From a virus (Duplodnaviria > Caudoviricetes), in IMG/VR virus record IMGVR_UViG_3300016722_000001, positions 1-31,637 of that record: DNA of 31,637 nucleotides. The stretch is one strand, 5' to 3'. Shown here piece by piece: positions 7,147-15,852 of this stretch (its first letter is position 1; each line of letters begins with the position of its first letter). The notes under the pieces are model-generated. The model was not told where the DNA came from and searched no databases. It worked only from the letters and a program-made list of their open reading frames with translations. A program made the position numbers and the translations under genes.

Positions 7147-7367
7147 GCTTTTTCCCCTTTCTTGGTTTTTAGTTCGCGCAAATTTCTGGAATCGACCCCC
7201 AGAACCTTGGCAAGCTTCTCGTAGGTTTTCAAACTCGGCCTCGCGCCGTGCTCAACTGCGATCAGCGTGGGTTTCGTCAAGTTGGCCTCTTTGGCGAAAT
7301 CAGCTTGCGACTTCCCGAGGTTCCTCACCCGGAAATCCTTAACGACCTTGGATAATGCTTCTTCCAT
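7143..7367 (-). CDS. XRE-family HTH regulator (74 aa)
   Basis: SQADFAKEANLTKPTLIAVEHGARPSLKTYEKLAKVLGV. Confidence 0.9.
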   Translation of the reverse strand: MEEALSKVVKDFRVRNLGKSQADFAKEANLTKPTLIAVEHGARPSLKTYEKLAKVLGVDSRNLRELKTKKGEKA

Positions 7368-7503
7368 TGCTTTTTCCTTTCTTGATAAGCTCGTGCCGTC
7401 TCTTCAAATCTTCTCGAATCGGCTTCATATAGGCTTCGCACGCCTTGTAGTTGTCGTCGAATCTTTTCATGTCGCGCTCCGCGAACGGGGAAACCTCAAT
7501 CAT
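7339..7503 (-). CDS. Small hypothetical protein (54 aa; not in ORF track); paralog of 4613-4825
   Basis: MIEVSPFAERDMKRFDDNYKACEAYMKPIREDLKRRHE...; GGGGAG RBS. Confidence 0.75.
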   Translation of the reverse strand: MIEVSPFAERDMKRFDDNYKACEAYMKPIREDLKRRHELIKKGKSNGRSIIQGR

Positions 7504-7729
7504 TCCGCTCCCCCCCGTTCAGCAATTCCGCGACGTCGTTTTCATCGAAATACCCATCTCCCAAATCTTCCGAACCGCAAGCAGGGCACGCAAGCATTTT
7601 CCCTTTGTGATGGTCGGGGAACAAATCTCCGACGCCGTTTTCGTTTTCCAAATCGACTTCCTTCTCCTTGGCTTCGCACTCGGGGAAATAGCGACCGCAT
7701 TTTCGGCAAACCATCAAATGAATAATCAT
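7496..7729 (-). CDS. Zinc-ribbon protein (77 aa)
   Basis: CRKC...CPACGSEDL. Confidence 0.8.
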   Translation of the reverse strand: MIIHLMVCRKCGRYFPECEAKEKEVDLENENGVGDLFPDHHKGKMLACPACGSEDLGDGYFDENDVAELLNGGERND

Positions 7730-7830
7730 TTTTTCCTCTCCTTCGGCTTTTTGAAAACCTCTTTCATCATCTCGGAAATCACCCGACTGGTCTCGGCGGC
7801 GATTCTCTCATCTTGCTTTTTTTGGGTCAT
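7726..7830 (-). CDS. Microprotein (34 aa, MTQKKQDERIAAE...)
   Basis: Strong RBS, ATGA overlaps on both sides. Confidence 0.65.
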   Translation of the reverse strand: MTQKKQDERIAAETSRVISEMMKEVFKKPKERKK

Positions 7831-7845
7831 TTTCCCCCTCCCTTC
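7806..7845. repeat. Gene-start repeat, copy B (copy A at 435-473)
   Basis: Identical to copy A except for one extra C. Confidence 0.92.
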
Positions 7846-7955
7846 AAATTCGCGAGGATCTCTTTTTTCAACTCTTCGCCCAGATCGGATTCGGCCACCT
7901 TCTCGGCGAACTCTTTTTTGGCGGCTTTCGACGGTTTCCAATGATAAAAACTCAT
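7827..7955 (-). CDS. Microprotein (42 aa, MSFYHWKPSKAAKKEFAEK...)
   Basis: AAAGGA RBS; ATGA overlap with the next gene. Confidence 0.65.
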   Translation of the reverse strand: MSFYHWKPSKAAKKEFAEKVAESDLGEELKKEILANLKGGGK

Positions 7956-7964
7956 TTTTCCTTT

Positions 7965-8102
7965 CTAGGCCAATTTCGATGGCCTGATATAAGCGGAAGT
8001 CCCCGGCTCTAGGATTTTTTTCTCGAAGTATTTTTCGGCTTGCTTCTTCGGCAACCGGAATCGGAAGTAGCCGTTTTCGTCTCGGCCAAAAACCACGAAC
8101 AT
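7965..8102 (-). CDS. Microprotein (45 aa, MFVVFGRDENGYFRF...), first gene of the leftward arm
   Basis: Directly downstream of the promoter and an AAGGGGG RBS. Confidence 0.65.
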   Translation of the reverse strand: MFVVFGRDENGYFRFRLPKKQAEKYFEKKILEPGTSAYIRPSKLA

Positions 8103-8108
8103 ATTTAT

Positions 8109-8160
8109 TTGTCCCCCTTTTTGGACAACTCCATTTTAGCACCCTCGACGGCTGTTGCAA
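8109..8160 (-). promoter_or_regulatory. Main leftward promoter with inverted repeat over the RBS
   Basis: TTGCAA-N16-TAAAAT with TG extension; A-rich UP-like tract at 8161-8200; TTGTCC/GGACAA at 8109-8114 and 8123-8128. Confidence 0.78.
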
Positions 8161-8315
8161 CAAGAAAAGTAAAAAAATAGTAAAATAAAAGTAAAAAGTT
8201 AGGAGGTGTCTTTCCTTTCTAGTTTTTCGCCTATGGTTTTCAAACTTCGCGTTTTTGCGTTAAGATTGTTTTGCCGTTAATCGCCAAGCGATTGCCTCTG
8301 GCGATGGAGGAAAAA

Positions 8316-9464
8316 ATGGAAAATATCGGATTCGTCAGTAGCGCTTCGACCTGGATGGCTGACCACAAAAGGCGCCTTTTCGTCAATTTCTCGTCCGCCG
8401 TTATGCTCATCGTGATTTGCGGAGTGATGGGTTGCTTCGATTTCTTCAAGATGGCTTTCGACCCCGGAAGATTGATAACCGCGGCTTACTGGTCGCACGT
8501 CTTCGCAAGGTCGGTTTGCCTTATTTGCTCGCTGAACATCGGCATAAACATCTGGCAACCATATGCCGAGGAAAGCAACTATTCGCTTCAACGCGACTCG
8601 CTTAGGTACGATGGCCTTATTTCCCTTAAGGAGAAATCGTTTGAGCCATATATTTTGACCGACTTCAACGTCAGCGAGAAGAAAAAGGCGTGGATAGCCA
8701 AGGTCAATAAAAGGATAAACACGCTGGGAAGGTTCGCCCGCGATTCGTCAAGAATGCTGTGGGGAACCCCCGAAGCCAAAATCAATCTAGATACTAAGAT
8801 GGCCGAAAGAAAACGGAAGAACCTATATTGCCGAAAAAGAGCCGTTTTGGAAGCCATGAAAGACCCCGATTGGGTGAGCGCGAACATAGATTCGCTGAAG
8901 GTCAGTTCTTTCAAATCGGTAGACCCTTCGGTGTTCGACCTTTCGATAGATGGAAAAGAAAGGTATTCTGGTTACAAGTTGACCGCCCACACCTCAATGG
9001 CGCGCGGAGCCAAAACGGCCAATTCGATATTGTACGTCTTGATGGTCTCCGCGATGATTAGCACGTGGGTGATTTCCATCGACGAGGCTTTGATCGAGCA
9101 ATCGTTCATCGGGTGGGTAACAGCGACTTTGAACGCCATCATGGACGTTTCATTCGTGGTTTGGCAATTCATTCGCGGTTGCGCCTACGCCCCAAAATTG
9201 GTGGAGGACGAAATACACCGCCCATACATCGACCGCATCAGGATCCTCCTAGACTATTTCAGCTCGCGCTTCTCCGCCGTGCCTGCCGAATCATTCAAGG
9301 CCAAAGATTCCGAGATCTTGGCCAAGTGCGACAATGAGATCGCGCGGATAAAATCGGAGAAAGCCAAGGCAATCGAGGAGAGGAACGTTATTAAGTTGGC
9401 CAAAATCCGAAGCGATGCCGAGGCGAGGACGAACAAAAAGGATTCGTTCGGGGGAAGCCTATGA
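8316..9464 (+). CDS. 4-TM membrane protein (382 aa, start MENIGF), first gene of the rightward arm
   Basis: GGAGG RBS; two N-terminal and two C-terminal hydrophobic segments around a basic soluble region; ATGA overlap with TerS. Confidence 0.8.
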   Translation: MENIGFVSSASTWMADHKRRLFVNFSSAVMLIVICGVMGCFDFFKMAFDPGRLITAAYWSHVFARSVCLICSLNIGINIWQPYAEESNYSLQRDSLRYDGLISLKEKSFEPYILTDFNVSEKKKAWIAKVNKRINTLGRFARDSSRMLWGTPEAKINLDTKMAERKRKNLYCRKRAVLEAMKDPDWVSANIDSLKVSSFKSVDPSVFDLSIDGKERYSGYKLTAHTSMARGAKTANSILYVLMVSAMISTWVISIDEALIEQSFIGWVTATLNAIMDVSFVVWQFIRGCAYAPKLVEDEIHRPYIDRIRILLDYFSSRFSAVPAESFKAKDSEILAKCDNEIARIKSEKAKAIEERNVIKLAKIRSDAEARTNKKDSFGGSL

Positions 9465-9874
9465 GCAAGTTCACAGGTCGCAAACCTAAGATGGTGATGG
9501 ACACGGAGGCGAGGGAGCGTTTCCTCCGCGCCGTGGAAATAGGTTTGCCAATAATCCAATGTTGCGCATCCGCCGGCATCTGCGAAGGCGCTTTCTACGG
9601 TTATTGGCGCAAGGCGGAAAGAGATATCGCTGATGGTAAGACCATCAGGCAATCGGCTTACATTAAATTCGTGCAGGAGGTTAAAGAAGCGAAGGCCAAA
9701 TTCGCCACGAAACACCTGATGAACATCTCCAATTCCGCCGACAATGGAACGTGGCAAGCGAGCGCATGGCTCCTCGAACGGAGAATGCCCGACGACTTCG
9801 GCGAGAAGCCGAGGGGCGACGGCGAGGTTTCCGACGGATCCGAGTACGTGGACAACCTGAAAGGGTTCAAATGA
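9461..9874 (+). CDS. terS: Terminase small subunit (137 aa)
   Basis: GRKPK start, HTH (CASAGICEGAFYGYW), WQASAWLLERR motif; coupled to TerL. Confidence 0.8.
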   Translation: MSKFTGRKPKMVMDTEARERFLRAVEIGLPIIQCCASAGICEGAFYGYWRKAERDIADGKTIRQSAYIKFVQEVKEAKAKFATKHLMNISNSADNGTWQASAWLLERRMPDDFGEKPRGDGEVSDGSEYVDNLKGFK

Positions 9875-11223
9875 TTCTAAATAAACGCGAGGTCGTTTCA
9901 GCCGACCGCTGGGGGCAATACGAGCGCGAATCCTTTTCCCATAAGTGGTCGATAGCCGAGGGGGCCGTAAGAAGCGGGAAGACGGTGGCGAACTGCCAAT
10001 GCTTCGCGGATAGGATACTTATGTGCGAGTATCCGGGGGAAGCGCTTTTCCTTGGGTGCGCCGTTTCCGAGTCGATGGCGAAAGCGCTCATCGGCGAATG
10101 TTCCGGCTTTGGGCTTTACCATCGAATCAACCGTTTAAAATGGGCCAAGGCCGAATACTGCAAGTACAAGGACAGGGACGCGCTTAGGATAACCGCGAGG
10201 GTAAGGGGGCGCGACCTCATCAGGTGGGTGCTTTTCGTAGGTGGGGCCAAAGCGCGTTGCGACGAGGCCATCCGCGGACTGACGATACAAGGCGCTATGA
10301 TGGTGGAAGCCAACCTTTTCGAGGAGTCGTTCATCCTGGAGGTCGAGCGGAGAATGATCGTGTCCGAAGACCCTTTCATCTACGCCGACATGAACCCTTC
10401 CATGTCGAAGCATTTCATTTACAAGGATTTCATCGACAACCCGAAGATCGACCTCAACTACTGCCACGCGACCTTGATTGACAACCCCGCTTTGTCCGAA
10501 AAGCAAATTCAGGAAATATCCGATAGGTACGATAAGGACTCCGTGGAATACAAAGGTTTCATCTTGGGCGAGCGCATGAACCCAGCCGGCGCGATTTACC
10601 GAATCCACGAATGGAACGTCATAGAGGCGTTCAACCCCTCCGACTACGATTCCTACGTCGTCGTTTGCGACCAAGGCGAAACCATTTCCGCGACCGCCAT
10701 GACCTTAGGAGCCGTCCGTTACGACAAGGACAAGGGCTTTTACGTTTATGACGTTTTGAAGGAATACCACCACATCAATTCGGGCGAGGAAGGGGAAAAG
10801 CACTTCGAGCAATACGCTTCCGACTTCGCGGACTTCCTTCTTGAAAGCTCCAAAGTCATGGGTTCCATGCCCGTGGAGGCCATCATCGACGAGGACTCCG
10901 AGTTTTACCACCAATGCGCCTTGGCGTTCCAGAAGAAGGGAATCGACCCATATATCATCAAGTACCCCTATAAACTTGAAATCGTTGAGCGCATAAGAAG
11001 GGGCACGGATATGCTTCACAAAGGCCAGCTGCGGTTCCTCAAGACGTGCGAGAAGACCATCGAGGATTTCAAGAACGCCGAATACGACGAGAAGGAAATC
11101 GAGAAGAGAGGCGAGTTCGTCCGGGCAAAAAAATACGTTCCAGGTTTCGGGCACCTTGACATGGTGGATTCGGTCGAATACGGATTTACGCGGTTTTTGT
11201 CGCTGTTAGACCCCGAATATTGA
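9871..11223 (+). CDS. terL: Terminase large subunit, PBSX-like (450 aa, start MILNKRE)
   Basis: Walker A EGAVRSGKT; IRGLT...MMVEA Walker B region; DMNP motif III; TLIDNPAL; nuclease CDQG...HLDMVDSVEY. Confidence 0.93.
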   Translation: MILNKREVVSADRWGQYERESFSHKWSIAEGAVRSGKTVANCQCFADRILMCEYPGEALFLGCAVSESMAKALIGECSGFGLYHRINRLKWAKAEYCKYKDRDALRITARVRGRDLIRWVLFVGGAKARCDEAIRGLTIQGAMMVEANLFEESFILEVERRMIVSEDPFIYADMNPSMSKHFIYKDFIDNPKIDLNYCHATLIDNPALSEKQIQEISDRYDKDSVEYKGFILGERMNPAGAIYRIHEWNVIEAFNPSDYDSYVVVCDQGETISATAMTLGAVRYDKDKGFYVYDVLKEYHHINSGEEGEKHFEQYASDFADFLLESSKVMGSMPVEAIIDEDSEFYHQCALAFQKKGIDPYIIKYPYKLEIVERIRRGTDMLHKGQLRFLKTCEKTIEDFKNAEYDEKEIEKRGEFVRAKKYVPGFGHLDMVDSVEYGFTRFLSLLDPEY

Positions 11224-11252
11224 AAAGGCGGGGTTTTCGCGTTACCCTTTGA

Positions 11253-11885
11253 ATGATGGACAACACCATACAAAACAGGCAGGAGTTCAACACCTCCACC
11301 GAGCCGCAGTTCCGCTCCGCTCCGATGGGCGGGGGTTACCAAGTCAACCAAGGGGACGTCGTTTATTTCATAATCGACCTAGAGGAGATGTTCGGCATAA
11401 ACCTCGATTACCCCGGAATAAAAGGGGCGCTCAATAACGCCTTTTTCGAAAGTCGGCAATACGTTCCTGTCGATACCGGATTGATGAAGCGCTCCTATTC
11501 GATGAAACCAAGAAGCGATGCGGTCGTCGAGTGCCTGTTCGACCCAACCGAGGTCGTGGGCCAAATGCGGAAGGGTCGCGTGGTCGATGAGTATTATCCC
11601 CAATATGTCGGATCCTCTGGCGCGGGCAATTCCGCGTGGAACTGGCTCACGATAGTGGTCAGCCATTTCATAAAGAGGCTGATAGCGGAGGTTCGCGCGC
11701 TGCAACGCTCCGAGATAGCCAAGGAACGAAAAGACGAGGGAAGGTCTTCCCCTATCGTCGGTGAGACGGCTCTCGCGGTTCTGGCCTCAATCGAGGCCAC
11801 TAGGAAGTCGGCGGCGGAGGCGAAGAAGACGGCAGAGGAGAAAAAGAAGAGGAATGACCGCCTAGAGCGGAAAAGGAGAGCATAA
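11253..11885 (+). CDS. HK97 gp10-like / minor-capsid-like protein (210 aa)
   Basis: SRQYVPVDTGLMKRS motif and a later YYPQYV. Confidence 0.65.
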   Translation: MMDNTIQNRQEFNTSTEPQFRSAPMGGGYQVNQGDVVYFIIDLEEMFGINLDYPGIKGALNNAFFESRQYVPVDTGLMKRSYSMKPRSDAVVECLFDPTEVVGQMRKGRVVDEYYPQYVGSSGAGNSAWNWLTIVVSHFIKRLIAEVRALQRSEIAKERKDEGRSSPIVGETALAVLASIEATRKSAAEAKKTAEEKKKRNDRLERKRRA

Positions 11886-13456
11886 TGGGCTTTTTCAAGG
11901 ATTGGGTAGGCAACGTCGTCGAGGAGAAAATCGACACCATGATGAGGGGTATGGTCGAAAACCCCCTTTGGGTTGACGACGGCTATCAGCAGATAGAGTA
12001 CAAACTCCAGTACCAGGGCGACACGCAGGAGATTTGCAGGTTCTACCAAAACAGACGGCAAAGGAGCCGTTTTATTGAGACCAACCTCTTTTGGGAGAAG
12101 GTCAAAGGGAATTTGCCAATTCAGCATTTCCCTTTGGCGCGGATGATAACCAAAGCCAAAACGAACTTGGTCTTCCACGACCAACCTGCGGTTTCCTTTC
12201 TCGATTCATCCGGCGTTGAGGACGAGGAGAAAACGAAGTTCATAGCGGAAATGTGGAAAAAGGATTCCTTGACCACATTCCTGCGAAAGGCCGCCGAAAC
12301 CCTATCTTACTCGGGCGCGGTCGCTTTGGTTCCCGTGAGGCCTGCCGACCCCGAAAGCCCCAATGACATCATTTGGCGCGCTTATCCGAAAGAAGCGTGC
12401 GACATCCAAAAGATTTACGGCAGGCCCGTCTCGATAACCGTCTATGACGAAATCAGCCAAGGAAAGGACGATTATCTTCTTGGCACGTTCATTGCCAAGG
12501 ATGGCATGTCCTATAAACTTTGGCGATTAGCCAAAGGAATGAAAGGCGACAAATACAAGAAGAACGAAGTTTCTCTTGATTCGTTGCCCGACACCGCGAA
12601 CCTCAAAGACGTGGAGTTCAATAACCCTAAGGGTTTGCCGACCTTCGTTTATTTGGAGAACAACTTGGACGGAACGAGCGATTATCACGGGTTGATAGAC
12701 GACTTTTCCGCCTTGGACGAAGCGTATTCGGCGTTGACCGACCTTATCCGCAAAGGGCACATCAAAACCTATATCCCGAAATCCAGTCTGATAAGGGATG
12801 CTGGCGGGAACGGCTATATGCCGAGCGACTTTACCGAGAACACGGTTTCCATCCCGATGTCGAACCCAACCAACGCGCCTTATAAAATCGATCGCGACCA
12901 AATAACCTTGGGGGATGGTGTGACCGCCCTCCAAAGCGCGTTCGCTTTCTACATGGAGCGGGCAATCGAGAGCGCGGGTTTGTCGCCCGCCACGCTGGGA
13001 ATAGATTCCGCAGGGGCAAACTCCTCGGCGGAAGCGCTCAACATCCGCGAAAGGGTGTCCATGCGGACGAGGGCCGAGTGCGTGACCGTTTGGTCGGATG
13101 CGATTCGCAAAATGATCGAGGCGACTTTAGCAATCAGATACTCCGTTTCCTCCGAAGGGGGTTTGGCGTTCCCCGAACTGGACGGCTCCGCTTCCGTCTC
13201 GTTCCCCGAATACGAATCGCCGACGTTCGACCAAAAGGTCACATCGCTTTCCACGGCCCTAAATTCCAAACTGATAGATTTGGAAACCGCGCTGAAGCAA
13301 CTCTATCCCGACAAGTCCGATGACGAAATCGGGAATATGTACCTATCGATCATGGGCGCGTTGCCTTTGACCGAGGACGAAATCATCGCCAATCAAGCCA
13401 AGGAAGACAAGCAAGACAAGGAGAAGGAAAACCCCGATGACTTGAAAACCGAATGA
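11885..13456 (+). CDS. Portal protein, SPP1/A118-like (523 aa)
   Basis: Size and position; SDYHGL..DFSALDEAYS, AGLSPATLGID, SSAEAL, LIDLETALKQLYPD motifs. Confidence 0.9.
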   Translation: MGFFKDWVGNVVEEKIDTMMRGMVENPLWVDDGYQQIEYKLQYQGDTQEICRFYQNRRQRSRFIETNLFWEKVKGNLPIQHFPLARMITKAKTNLVFHDQPAVSFLDSSGVEDEEKTKFIAEMWKKDSLTTFLRKAAETLSYSGAVALVPVRPADPESPNDIIWRAYPKEACDIQKIYGRPVSITVYDEISQGKDDYLLGTFIAKDGMSYKLWRLAKGMKGDKYKKNEVSLDSLPDTANLKDVEFNNPKGLPTFVYLENNLDGTSDYHGLIDDFSALDEAYSALTDLIRKGHIKTYIPKSSLIRDAGGNGYMPSDFTENTVSIPMSNPTNAPYKIDRDQITLGDGVTALQSAFAFYMERAIESAGLSPATLGIDSAGANSSAEALNIRERVSMRTRAECVTVWSDAIRKMIEATLAIRYSVSSEGGLAFPELDGSASVSFPEYESPTFDQKVTSLSTALNSKLIDLETALKQLYPDKSDDEIGNMYLSIMGALPLTEDEIIANQAKEDKQDKEKENPDDLKTE

Positions 13457-13503
13457 GGGAAAGTTAACATAATATTTGATGGCCCCCAAGCCTTGAAACT
13501 GGG
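13442..13503 (+). promoter_or_regulatory. Putative promoter and pseudoknot-like leader upstream of the scaffold gene
   Basis: TTGAAA-N17-TAACAT (13442-13470); GGC/GCC and CCCA/TGGG crossing stems at 13481-13503. Confidence 0.5.
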
Positions 13504-13517
13504 AGAAAGGCACCAAA

Positions 13518-14036
13518 ATGCCAAACGAAGAAACAATCCCTACCGCAAGCCCTTCGGCCTCTGCGACACAGGAACCGGAAGTCCCCGCCGGAAATCAGGG
13601 AGCCAAAACCTATAGCGAAGAGGAGTTCAATCGGGCGAAGCAGTCCGCTTCCTCAATCGCGAAAGGCGAGATCCTAAAAGAACTGGGCATCACTTCGGTC
13701 GAGCAAGCCAAAACCTTGTTCGCCGCCAAGACCGAGGGCGAGAAGAAACTAGCCGAACTCGAAGCCTCTGTCAAATTGCTCACCGAAACCAACGAGCGTT
13801 CCAAAGAAGACGCGGAAATCGCCAAATCGGGAGTGGATGGCAAGCACGAGGAAGACTTACGGATTCTTGCCAAAAGCAAAATGAAGGATGGCGCGACGTT
13901 CTCGCAAGCCATCTCGAAGACGTTGGAGGAAAACCCTTTTTGGAAAAGCCAAACCGCCCCAATCGCGTTAGGCCCGACCATTAAAGAAGCCCCGAAGAAG
14001 GGCAACCCCGCAACGCCACAGCCTGAAAAATGGTAA
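13518..14036 (+). CDS. Capsid scaffolding protein (172 aa)
   Basis: P/E/T-rich N-terminus, KTYSEEEFN, coiled coil, LEENPFW; directly upstream of the capsid gene. Confidence 0.85.
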   Translation: MPNEETIPTASPSASATQEPEVPAGNQGAKTYSEEEFNRAKQSASSIAKGEILKELGITSVEQAKTLFAAKTEGEKKLAELEASVKLLTETNERSKEDAEIAKSGVDGKHEEDLRILAKSKMKDGATFSQAISKTLEENPFWKSQTAPIALGPTIKEAPKKGNPATPQPEKW

Positions 14037-14051
14037 TGAAAGGAAAAAACC

Positions 14052-14996
14052 ATGCCAATTCAGATTAACTCCGCCACTTATCTTGACGAGAAATACTCTC
14101 CCAAGATCGTCGAGACCCTTCGCACGAACACCTTCCTTGTTCCGGGAGTGACTTACAATCCCAATTACGAGGGCGATGCCGAGGGCGCCATTTCGGTGAC
14201 CTATCACGTCCCGACCGCCAGTCCGGTCGCGACCACCGCCGTCGGAGCCGATTACTCCGGCGTTGAATACGCCGACGGATTGGTGACCGTCAACATCTGC
14301 AATGCTTACCGCAAGAGCACCAAAATCCGCAACATCACCGCTGCCTCCGTTTCTTATGACCATGCTTTGCAAGTCGTGCAGGAAACCACCGAGGACGTCC
14401 GCGAAGGGCGTGACCTTGGGGCTATGGCGGCTTTGATTAACGGAGCCACCGTCGAAACGCTCGCCGAAGCCAAAGTCTACGTCGGCGACAATTCCATCGT
14501 TGCCGCGCCCGACATCAATTCCACCAATGTCAAAGACATCACTTTGGGCCTCATTACGAAACTCAAGGTCGCCAAAGCCCGTCCGAGCGTTTTGCTCGTC
14601 TCGCCTCTTTGGAGTTCCGCCATCATCGCCGCCCACGTCGGCAGCGCCAGCCCGTTCACTCCCGAAACCAACGAGGAGATGCTCAAGGCTGGCTCCATCG
14701 GCCGTTACCTCGGCTGCTCCGTCATTGAGAACCAGCAACTCAACGTCGCCGGCAACAACGCCGTCGCGCTCAATAGCGCCATCGGCACCGCCATCAGCGG
14801 TGGCGTTGACCTCTCGAAGATCCAGCTCGTCGTTTACGATGCCCGGTTCTTCGCCTTCCTCAACCACATCACCGACGGACGAATCGTCGATACGCCGTCA
14901 TTCGCAGGTTCTCTCTGCAACATCGAGGACAACTGCGGAATGAAGGTTCTTCGCTCCGGAACCGTCCAAGCCTACAAGAGCGGCGTCGCCGCCTAG
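14052..14996 (+). CDS. Major capsid protein (314 aa)
   Basis: EKYSPKIVETLR, GSIGRYLGCSV, CGMKVLR motifs; strong codon bias; followed by a terminator. Confidence 0.9.
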   Translation: MPIQINSATYLDEKYSPKIVETLRTNTFLVPGVTYNPNYEGDAEGAISVTYHVPTASPVATTAVGADYSGVEYADGLVTVNICNAYRKSTKIRNITAASVSYDHALQVVQETTEDVREGRDLGAMAALINGATVETLAEAKVYVGDNSIVAAPDINSTNVKDITLGLITKLKVAKARPSVLLVSPLWSSAIIAAHVGSASPFTPETNEEMLKAGSIGRYLGCSVIENQQLNVAGNNAVALNSAIGTAISGGVDLSKIQLVVYDARFFAFLNHITDGRIVDTPSFAGSLCNIEDNCGMKVLRSGTVQAYKSGVAA

Positions 14997-15010
14997 TTTA
15001 GCCTAAGATC

Positions 15011-15039
15011 GGGGGCCTCCTTCGGGAGGCCTCTTTTTT
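15011..15039 (+). terminator. Intrinsic terminator after the capsid gene
   Basis: GGGGCCTCC-TTCG-GGAGGCCTC-TTTTTT. Confidence 0.93.
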
Positions 15040-15094
15040 GGTTCGTTGAAAAACCGGCCACGCCAAATTACAATAAGAGGGAACGGAGGCAATC

Positions 15095-15523
15095 ATGCTT
15101 TATTCTTCTGACGAAAGAATGACTTACGACATTGCCAATCACAGATACGTCCTCACCGATGATGGCTTCAAATCCTATTCGGGCTATTCCCTGACGGAAA
15201 AACTGGACACGGGGAACGAAGATCAGGAAGCCACGGTCGGCTTTTTCCTTCGCCGCGCTTCCGAGAACGTTTACGGAATCCTTGAATCCCAATCCTCGAA
15301 CAGGCTCGAAACCGATTGTTGGCTCGCCCTCCCTGAAAACAGGGAACGGGTTTATCGGGCTTTGTGCAGAGAAGCTTCCGACATGATGGCCAATAACGAC
15401 GACCCCAGCGAATCGCTCAAAGCCGATAAGCCGATTTGCTCCTTTGGCTTGCAAGTTATTTTGGAGACCCTTTGGGGAAGGTTCCCCAACTGGAAGCAAT
15501 ACGAACTTGGAGTGGATTACTGA
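15095..15523 (+). CDS. Putative head-tail adaptor (142 aa)
   Basis: First gene after the capsid; FLRRASENV helix and ALCREA pattern. Confidence 0.6.
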   Translation: MLYSSDERMTYDIANHRYVLTDDGFKSYSGYSLTEKLDTGNEDQEATVGFFLRRASENVYGILESQSSNRLETDCWLALPENRERVYRALCREASDMMANNDDPSESLKADKPICSFGLQVILETLWGRFPNWKQYELGVDY

Positions 15524-15852
15524 TGAGTTGGCTGGAGTGCAAGTCCAAAACGAGGTTCAACCGCCTCGGCTATCTCGTGCGGAACGACAAAACGAGGGAG
15601 CCTTTCAGATTCCGCTACGTTGGCGAAAGCGGGCTTTCCTCTCCCGAAATCATGCCAAACGTCGAAACCATTTACCAAACGATCACCATCGACACCCCTT
15701 CAAAACTGGATTTTAGCCTTTCTTCATTGCTTAGCATCGGCGGCCCACTCTTCACGATTTCCGCGGTTCAGGAGCTGGAGGGCGATTCAAACGGGCCGTT
15801 CCGTGGCAAAGGGGCCATCATCAAAAGGATCACCGCCTCGAAACTTATATGA
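15523..15852 (+). CDS. Putative head-closure protein (109 aa, start MSWLECK)
   Basis: TGATG coupling; beta-rich, LSIGGPLFTISAV; gene order. Confidence 0.6.
   Translation: MSWLECKSKTRFNRLGYLVRNDKTREPFRFRYVGESGLSSPEIMPNVETIYQTITIDTPSKLDFSLSSLLSIGGPLFTISAVQELEGDSNGPFRGKGAIIKRITASKLI

Noticed and set aside
7726-8163. 145-aa ORF in the track
   Set aside because: It runs through the promoter; three shorter ORFs with proper RBSs explain the region better.
10288-10320. Inactive terminase because Walker B reads MMVE rather than hhhDE
   Set aside because: The catalytic Glu and the other motifs are intact, and this position varies among terminases.
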